This document shows, piece by piece, positions 1 to 9,000 of a DNA stretch of 64,000 bases. Within the stretch, counting starts at the first letter, position 1, and each line of letters begins with the position of its first letter. Source of the stretch: a virus; IMG/VR virus record IMGVR_UViG_3300043446_005775, positions 1 through 64,000 of that record, one strand, 5' to 3'. The notes beneath the pieces are model-generated. The model was given only the letters and a program-made list of their open reading frames with translations. It searched no databases and was not told the origin of the DNA. A program made the translations under genes and the position numbers.

Positions 1-4
1 CCCA

Positions 5-3000
5 TTGAAAAGACCCGGGGAAATTGCTGCCGCGCTTTGCGCCGAACCACCAAGGGAGGCGATCAGCCTTGCTGTCACGCCATTGCAAGTGTCAAAGTCA
101 ACACATGTTGCCACAAAAGTAGCCGACTTTTTCGCTCCTGGCGAAAGGGGTGATGTGCGTCCGGTTCGTTTGGACACAGACAGCGAAACTGGTGGCGTCG
201 GAATTCTGAACCCTGTTGCTGATCATTCTGTTCAGTATGAAGGAATTCCCTTGTCGCACGTACGGCGAGCGCATCTGTCTCGAAATCCCACTACTGGTGA
301 ATTGGAGTGGGTGAGAGGTGAGGCCAGGGGCCGTTTGCCAAAAGTCATTCATGGAACCCTCTTGCATCCTTTTGCTGCAGCAGATGCCATTGATGCCATT
401 CACGCAGGATCTTTTAAAGACGAAGACGGCAATTTGCACGAAAGTCATGTTGCAAGCGCATCCCCAACGGGAATAGTAAGCAGACCTGCCAGCAGCGACG
501 AGCGTTTTTCTGGGGCAGACATCAGCAGTGTTCGCACAAACGGCCTGCTTGAAATTCACGGATTGCCGTTGTTCCATGGGATTCTTGCGGGATCAAATGC
601 ACACGATACAACAGGAGTAGGCGCAGAAAATTCCTATTACGATGAATGGGTAAAACAAGTTCAGGCAACAAATCCCGGGCAATTGAGTGGCGAAGCATTG
701 CTTGGTCGTCATGGTCGCTCATTGTACGCCACTCCGCCTGTTGTGGCGTTTGAAAGACCTTTGAACAGGGAGATTTCCAGACTCAGGCAAAGGCTTGCGT
801 TTCTGCAATCAAAAACAACAAAACTGACCGCAGAAGGCAGAATGGAGATGCGAAGCCTGGAGGAGGAGTTGAGGAGCAAAGAGCAGCTCATGCAAAAAAT
901 ACGGATCCCTGATTCCGCATCTGCGATGGCTGACGACTCTGATCTTGGGCAAAGTTTTTTTGGAATAGCTCCGACTCTTCGTGGGGGAATGGCTCCCATG
1001 TATGGAAAGCCTTCAAATCCTCTTCGTATCGAAGACCTGACGAGAACCGTTTCCGCAACTGGTGGTGATCGTCCATATCTGACAAGAGGGATGGGATTGT
1101 TTGTCGATCCATCGAAACATGCAGGTCACTACGCGCAAGTGGTTCGCGCCATGACCGTCCCCACCGTCGGTGTTGGAGGAGGATTGAGATCGCCAAATAG
1201 GCCGTTCAGCGTAATTCCCACGCGAGTCAGGGTTCATACATCAGTAGAGCCAAACACCCGCATGATTCCCGGTCTTCCAAACATTCCCTTGCGAAATGTT
1301 GCCGCACTTTACCCGACAATACGAGGACTTGTTCAAGGACAGGTATTTTTTTCCGATGAGGACGGCGTTCCCACCTATGTGACGGCAGCGGACAATGGGC
1401 CTGTTCTTTATAATCCACGCGCGGAAACACGGGCAAGCCTTGTGGCTGATGGCCTTCCCATGTATGAGCATTGGGGATATGCATACACAAAATCCGGAAC
1501 TGGCCACACCTTGGAACTCACTCGGCTTCAAGACTTGAAAGCACGTAGCGAGATAGATCCCGCAGTCAAATTCACCGATAGTGATCGGCAAAAATTGGTG
1601 AAATTACAAGAAGAGGTTGATGTTCGCAGGAAAGCATCAGATCTGTTTGGATACAATTCTGACACGCGCCCGAAAATTCCGGGAGTCCCAAATCAGTATG
1701 GGCATCCAACCATTGGCGAAGGACCAATTGCAAGAAGGGCGATTCCTGGTCTTGATCCCAATGCGGAAGTTTCAAAGACTCGTGCAGTATTCGATCCGTT
1801 GCAGATAGGTACGGCTGACCGGCCTTCATATATTTCCTTGAGCATGATTCCGGCTCAATCCTTGGACAACATCAGCAATACACGCGAGTCTCCATACTTG
1901 AGGGTGCTGCATGATCACGACGGTGTTCCTGATGAGGTCGTGCGCATTCCTGATCGTGGAACAACCACCAAAAGATTGTCTCCTGATGAGTTGACATCAG
2001 AGGAACTCGCAAAAAAGTCATTTCGTGCCGTTGTTTCGTCCGTGGGGACAAGTCGTTATCGCGTGGCAATGCTCTTGCCGTCAACGGCAAAGCATCCTGT
2101 GATATCAACCTATAATGTGAGATATTCCCCGCAAACAATGTCTTATCGGGCACCAGCAGGAGCGCCAAATTTGCTTGGACAAATACTTGGTTCTGTTTCA
2201 GAGGAAAATAACAGGAGAATAAGCCAGAATGTTGATCAGGCAAGAATATTCGAAGAATTATTTGCGGCGCGAGATTCTGATACAGGAAGAATTTTCCAGC
2301 AAGTCATTGATTCTTCGAACAATCCTTTTGCAATGCATGCAAACTTGCCATTATTTGAACCTGTATGGGACGCTGAAGGAAACCCGATACCGGGAGCGTA
2401 CCGGCAAAGCTTGCAAGCTTCGTATGTGTCACGTCCTCTTCCCGGAATAAGCGCTGCTGAAGCAGCAAGGGCTGGCCTCCAGCCCATTTACCAGCCGCCT
2501 GAAGGAAATATTCCTCCGATTTTATTGGATGACCCATACTCGCCCATGAGTCCTGACGGAACAAGATCAGCAAGGGGGTTGGCAGTATATCGACTGAATT
2601 CTGACACCGAAAATGGAATGCAGCTTCTGTTTCCGCAAAATGCCAACGCATATTTTGGCGTATATGACGGCCAGCTTCGTCCGGAATCTCGGCGAGAAAC
2701 ATACACATATGTCAATGATACGATTCGGGCAGCTCCGGTTCGACAAAGCAAGGAAGGATCTGATTCGACCATAGACAAGCATGCAGCCATTGAACTAAGC
2801 AGGAGATTATATTACAGGCGAAGAAATTCTGCAGAATTGGCATCGGGACAATACAAGATAATTCCGGTGTTCGAGCATGATACACAGCCATCAAAAAAGT
2901 CAAATGCACTCATGATGCGTGGATGGCAAAGCGAATTGATGGATGGCGTTTCTTCTCATCTTGAAACGGTTGAGAATCCTTCAAAAGAATATGTCGAAAA

Positions 3001-6000
3001 TTACATTATCGATTCCTTTGCTGCTGATCCTTTTGCAAATTCAGAAGACAAAAGATCCAGCATAAGTGATGATCAGGCACGTGCCATGTTCAATGCGCTT
3101 GGCGTGTTCCAAATGTCTCAGCCGGAGCAATTTAGCTTGCAGGAGTTTAAAAACTGGATGCGGGAAGGGCTCAAAAAAGGCAAGACAGACAAGGAAATCA
3201 TAGAAAATCGCCCAGTGATTGGAGATGCCGTTTTTTGGCCACAAGATCCAGCTCCTCCACAAGTGACGACGCCACGGAAAAAAATCGTTGGCGCATATCG
3301 CTTGTTTTCTCAAAGCAGGCCATTGAGTCTTGGCGAATGCAGCATAAGCGAGGATGGCCGATTGATGATTCCATTCAAATCGCCAGATTTTGATCAAATT
3401 CGGGAAGGTCAATCGTTGCAATTGTACTCATACAACGATGGGACTAAAGATGTTCGGTACCAATATACTCCTGATCAGTTGACAAAAAGGCTGCTTGATC
3501 CTCTTCTTATCACCGAGGTGATGTATGACAAAAGAAGCAAGATGGCCTTCTGTCGCACTTCCCAGCCAATTGCATCATATTTTGGAACGGATCCTGATGC
3601 CATTAGAAAACTTGAATCAGATCTTACAAAAAGTTTTTCAATAACTCTTCATCGGCATGAACTTCATCCTGTTTTGCCGTCCGATTTTGTTCCATATGAC
3701 GGATATATTGAACAAACTGACGAACCAATTCCTCCTGACTTGTTCATGAAAATGCTCATGGGAAACGAGTTAAGGGATGCAGAAAAGGAAGTGGCCAAAA
3801 ATATCCTTCGGTATTTTCATGCCGCGGCAACAAAAAGGGAGTTGGGCAACGACAGCGAGGGACTGCTTCGAAAAATAGGCGTTCCTGTTGATGCCCAGGA
3901 TTCTCATTACATGTTTGCAAGCCTGAAGCCGGAACATTACACATGGGCAAGGTTTGCTGCGGACACCACTGTTGATTTGAATAGCCCACAATATTCCGAA
4001 GTCATGCAACTCATAAAAAGCATGGGCAAAGATACCGTTGATGAAATAAGTGATCCGCAGCAAAGAATAAAGATCTTTGAAGCCATAAAAGAAGTGGCTC
4101 AAAATCCCGAAAAGCAGGAGAAAGGAATTGCCGAATGGCTCAAGCAACCTCTTGGCCAAGCCATTCTGAACTTTCGCAACAATCGAAAGCCGGATGCCGA
4201 TCCCATGGTTCAAGTAAAAGGAGACGAAGGACAATTACTCAGCAGGACAATTGGATCATTGAGATGGGATCCACGCGACAAGCAAATACAGACGGGCGGC
4301 GAACCCATTACTGTGGCGCAACATATTTTCCGGATGCTCGGCGGCGGAGGACAATCAGCAGAGCAGAAAACTGTCCTGAATGGGGATCGATATTCTTACA
4401 CAACAGAACAGGGACAACAAAGACAATTGTCAATCAACGGGTTGGTCAATACAGGGAATTCTCTCCTTCTTCAGGAATACAAAGGATGCATAAATGATGA
4501 GTTCCTGAAAGTCATCGGATTTGGGGCGATGGCTGATTTTGCTGCCAATCTGGATGATTTTGACAAGAATCACTCATCACTTGAGTATTTGGATCCAACA
4601 AAAGAGGCAACCGGAAATCCGTTTGACGCAATACGGAAAAAACTTTCCCTTTTTGCTTTGTCTGATGACAATCAAGAAAAGATACGGTTGGCTGGACAAA
4701 TACAAAAAATATGCGATTCCTACCGGAATCAACAGTTGCGTTTGGTGCATGAAAGAATTGGTTATTATGAAGAATTAAGAGATCCCCAGAAAGCCATGTT
4801 TACAGCACTTGCAAATGAGGGGATCGTAGGAAATTTTGACAGATTGCAGGACGTGCTTTCTTTAATCCCTGGAATGAAACCTCAGGAATCAAAGATCATT
4901 GGCTTTCTTGGCGAAAGTGATGATTTTGGAAACAGGATGCCAGGAAATTCTGGTTTTTATCGATCTTCTTCAAACTCGAACGCCTATGAGTGTTCCGAAG
5001 CATACTTGAATCCATCAGCGTTTCAAATTGTCGCTGGAGCCGGGCAAAACCAAGATGATGAAGACCTTACTTTTGCAAAAGCGTTGGAATATCCAGTCAT
5101 CAGGAAGGAAGTTCAACAGGTAGCAAGAATAGGAATGGAATTGCTTTTTGATCCCGAAGGAGTAGGAGATGCTTGGGAAAAATTGGATGAACAAGACAAA
5201 TCATTGCTTTGGACGCATTTGGGTCTTGAAACTGATCCCTCCAATTTGTTGAAAGGTATTGCAAATTACCTGGGAATCGATGAAAATGACATTCGCGCAG
5301 GCATGATGGAGCAAATAAAATCAAGCGTTACCAATCTCATGTCAGCTGAAATTGCAAATTCGGCCTCACTAACAGCCTTGCACATACAAAGAGAGCAAGA
5401 GAAATTGCGTGATAGTGCATACGAGGCCGCGAAAACAAAAACTGCCCCCAGAATTGATCCGCCTGCGCCACTGGTCAGAAGATGGTCACCATTGACGAAT
5501 GTTGTGCCTCATTTCAGAGCCTATGCAGAATACGGAATGGAAAAAACGGACAGATTTGAGGGCAGACTCCCCGAAGTTGTTGCTGCAACCCTTCATCCTG
5601 ACAATTCTTTTGTCCCGCCGATGGCTCCTTATTCAGACGAGCACGAATTGATGGACATTCCGTATGGCGAGGGCGTATTGCGTGGTCAATCACCATTTCC
5701 CGCATGTTCGGATACCATGCTTCAAAACGTGATGAGATTGAAGCAGGATGCAAGAGCTGCATCGAGAATCATTTATTGGGACAACCCTGCAAAGTCCAAC
5801 GATATTGTCACCGTTGATCAATTTGATGGAGCCATGTTTGGAAACTCCTTCTCAAGCAGATGGGCTCCATTGAGAATGCTTGGTCAGGACAGCAGTGACG
5901 ATTCTGTATCTGACGGAGCGGTGGCTTCAATAACAAAGCAGTATTTTGGAATCGATCAGGAAGATGACGCACAAACAGTGGCACTGAAAATTCAAAATGC

Positions 6001-9000
6001 CATTTTGCAAGGAAATGCGCTCAATGGATTGCTGCTTGCCGCAGATGTGGCAGATCAAGTTGACGTTGAAGAAACAGTTGAATTGCCTGGGCACACACGA
6101 GAAAATCCAAAAACAAAGAACGAAAGAGGGACAGGAAGAGTCCACAGGATAGACGGAATAGCTGGCCAACTTGGTCGATCAAAAGCTCAAAATGGCATTT
6201 ACGCAGTAGTTGACAAGAGTCCGGATGCCCTGAAGTTTGAAAGAACAGGAAACTCGATTACCATACAGAAGGGCTTGTCTTTTTCATGGGTAAGCAAGGG
6301 GCAATCAAAAATACCAGGGCAGATATTTTCTGCGCAGAAAGTCATCACTGATGTTCCAATAACAATATCCTGGAGCGTTCAATCAAACAGAATAAATATA
6401 AACCTTTCTGACTTGAGAAAGAAAACCGAAATCGTGTCGAGAATCATTGATTCCGACCTCACGCCCACCGAGGAAAAAAACGCTCAAGCAAGCGCCCGGG
6501 AGCATGCAACACGCGAATCAAATGCCAGATTGTTTTCAGGCGCAATGCCGCAGGAAATTCCATCATTGTCTTCGCATGATCCCAGAGTCAAAAGCGCCTT
6601 CCAATCTCAATTTGATTCCTCATTGGTTGGCACTGGAAACGGATTTGAAAGCGTCCAGAATGCCAGGGAATTTGAACTGTCTACCGGATGGTCGCTGCTT
6701 CATGAAGACGCCATCAGGGACGCTTTCAAGGATCAGCGTTTTGAGGCATTGATAGCCCCACACGCCTCAGGACAGCAAGGGATTGTAGTTGCGACACTTC
6801 CGCAGCAGGAAGACGATGAAAAAGTCCATGCAATAGTTTTTATCCCCATGATTCCGGCAGGAGATACCTCAGCTCTTCACGATCACACTGATCACATTGA
6901 TCGGGAAGGCGCGTTGATAGAAGAAAGACTGTATCATCAAGCGCGGGAGAGTTCGTATGTTCTAGGTTTGCATAGCGGAAGCCTGGATGCCAGCTCTGGA
7001 AATCCCGGTCAAACTGCTGCAGAAAGAATGAGTCGAGCTCCTAATTTTGTCAACGGATCCCGAAGTCCTCTGCGCAATGGAAAACCGGATAATATTCGCG
7101 TTGGAAGACCGCTCGAAAACGAAACCGAGCGAATGGCGAGAACGAAGAGGGGCGGAGATGGAACACCGCGCTCGACTCCGTCAGTATACGGAAGATTTGT
7201 CGTTGTTTCGTTGGATACAAACGATTTCCAAAAAAGAGATCTTGCTGGATCCTATGTATCATTCGGAGATGTTGACAACAAAAAGGCGAAAAGTATTGAA
7301 GAATTAAAGATTAAATTGCAAGAAGCGCGAAAAAAGGCAAAAGAGGCAGGAATTGAAACTGTCAGCAATGTGAATAAAAGAGTGGAGCTCATGACTCCAA
7401 CAGAAAAACTGATGCATGCTATAAATATGCTGGAGAAAGAGATTAGAACGGCACAACTGGGACTTTCAGAAAAACAAAGGAAAATTAATGAATCCGCCGA
7501 AGATATTGTCGTTGTTCCCAGGGAATCCATAACATCATATTGGGATCCAACAATCATAATGAATCATAGTTCAGTGGCGAAAATGACGCCATATCTGGCG
7601 TATTGGTTATCGCAAAAATCAAAGAGGCTCGATTTTTCTGATTCCATGAAGGAAACATATGATCACATACAAGAACATCCGTTGATTGATGACAGCGCAA
7701 AGGCAGCTCTTCGCGATGGAATCTTCAGTTCAATCGAGGAGAGAGACAGAAACACCGACAGTGCAAGTGCAAACGACAAGCTATTGGCAAAAGATCATGT
7801 CCATTCCAGATTGATAACGATTCCTGATGGGGACTCGAAAATATCTTTCTTGGAAATACCGGATAGGGTGCTGAAGATTGATCCAACGCTAAGTGACAGG
7901 AAGATTCGCTTTAGCTCCCAACAAATAGCAACGTTCTTGGAAGAACTTCCAAGTCAGCTGAAGAAGATTGCCGCAGAAAACGGCTTGACTGTATGGGCAA
8001 TCAACGGGAAGGTTTCGGAGGCGTTCAACTATACGAATAGGGCCGGTCAACCACTCGATGCGTATGGGTACAGGAAAAAAAATGTCATCATAGCCAGCAC
8101 GATAGGCGTTGATCCGATGATGGAGTTCATTACGCATTTTGCGGATTTCATTGCGGAAAAAACGTGGCTTGTACAAGACGAAATGCAAATGGGCCAATTA
8201 AACTCTGTCAACAAGAATTACGGGGAGTGTTACACCAAGGCTCTGGATTGGGCAAAAACCAAGATTGATCAGGCAAAAAAGATACGTGACTCAGGATTCA
8301 GAGAAAACCCAGATGATCCAATGTCAGAAGAGTTGCCGAGGGAAAAAAGATGGATTTTCAATGAAATATTGGCAAACATTTCAGATCAGGATGAATTGCA
8401 AGACCAATTGAAAGTTGCAAAAAAATTATTTCAGATATACATTGCAACACTTTTGTTTTCAAGTGGATCGTTTGCGGAATCCAAGTCGGGAAAGACGCAC
8501 ACGTATGTGAACATGCCTCCTGTCGGATGGCTGAATGGAGCGATGCCTCCCCCGCATTTTGTGAGTTTTGATCCTGTCGAACAAGCTACTGCTCTTGTGC
8601 ACAAAAATGTGAGATGGGAACAGTTGCTCAATGATACAAACGACGAAAGCAAGGGGATAAAAGATGACGCCGCAGCATTGAGCACGGCTGTTTCAGACTA
8701 TGTGCTGTCATTGAGCAAAACAGTTGCTCCGGAAGAAAAACACATTAACATTGCAAAACTGAAAATTAATGCGAACACCGATGCCGAGCAGAAAGAGTCC
8801 ATAACGTATGGAATCCAGCCTGTCAACCCATCATGGGGAGCAGAATTGAGAACATTGGAGCAGCAGCTAAAACAGCAAACAGGCCTAACAGAACAAGAAA
8901 AGGAACAGGAACGGGCGAAGATAAGTAAATTGAAAAAAACCATTGCAGATGCAAAAAATACGGGAGCCTTGGCAATCATTGCTTCTGCCGGAACAGGAAA

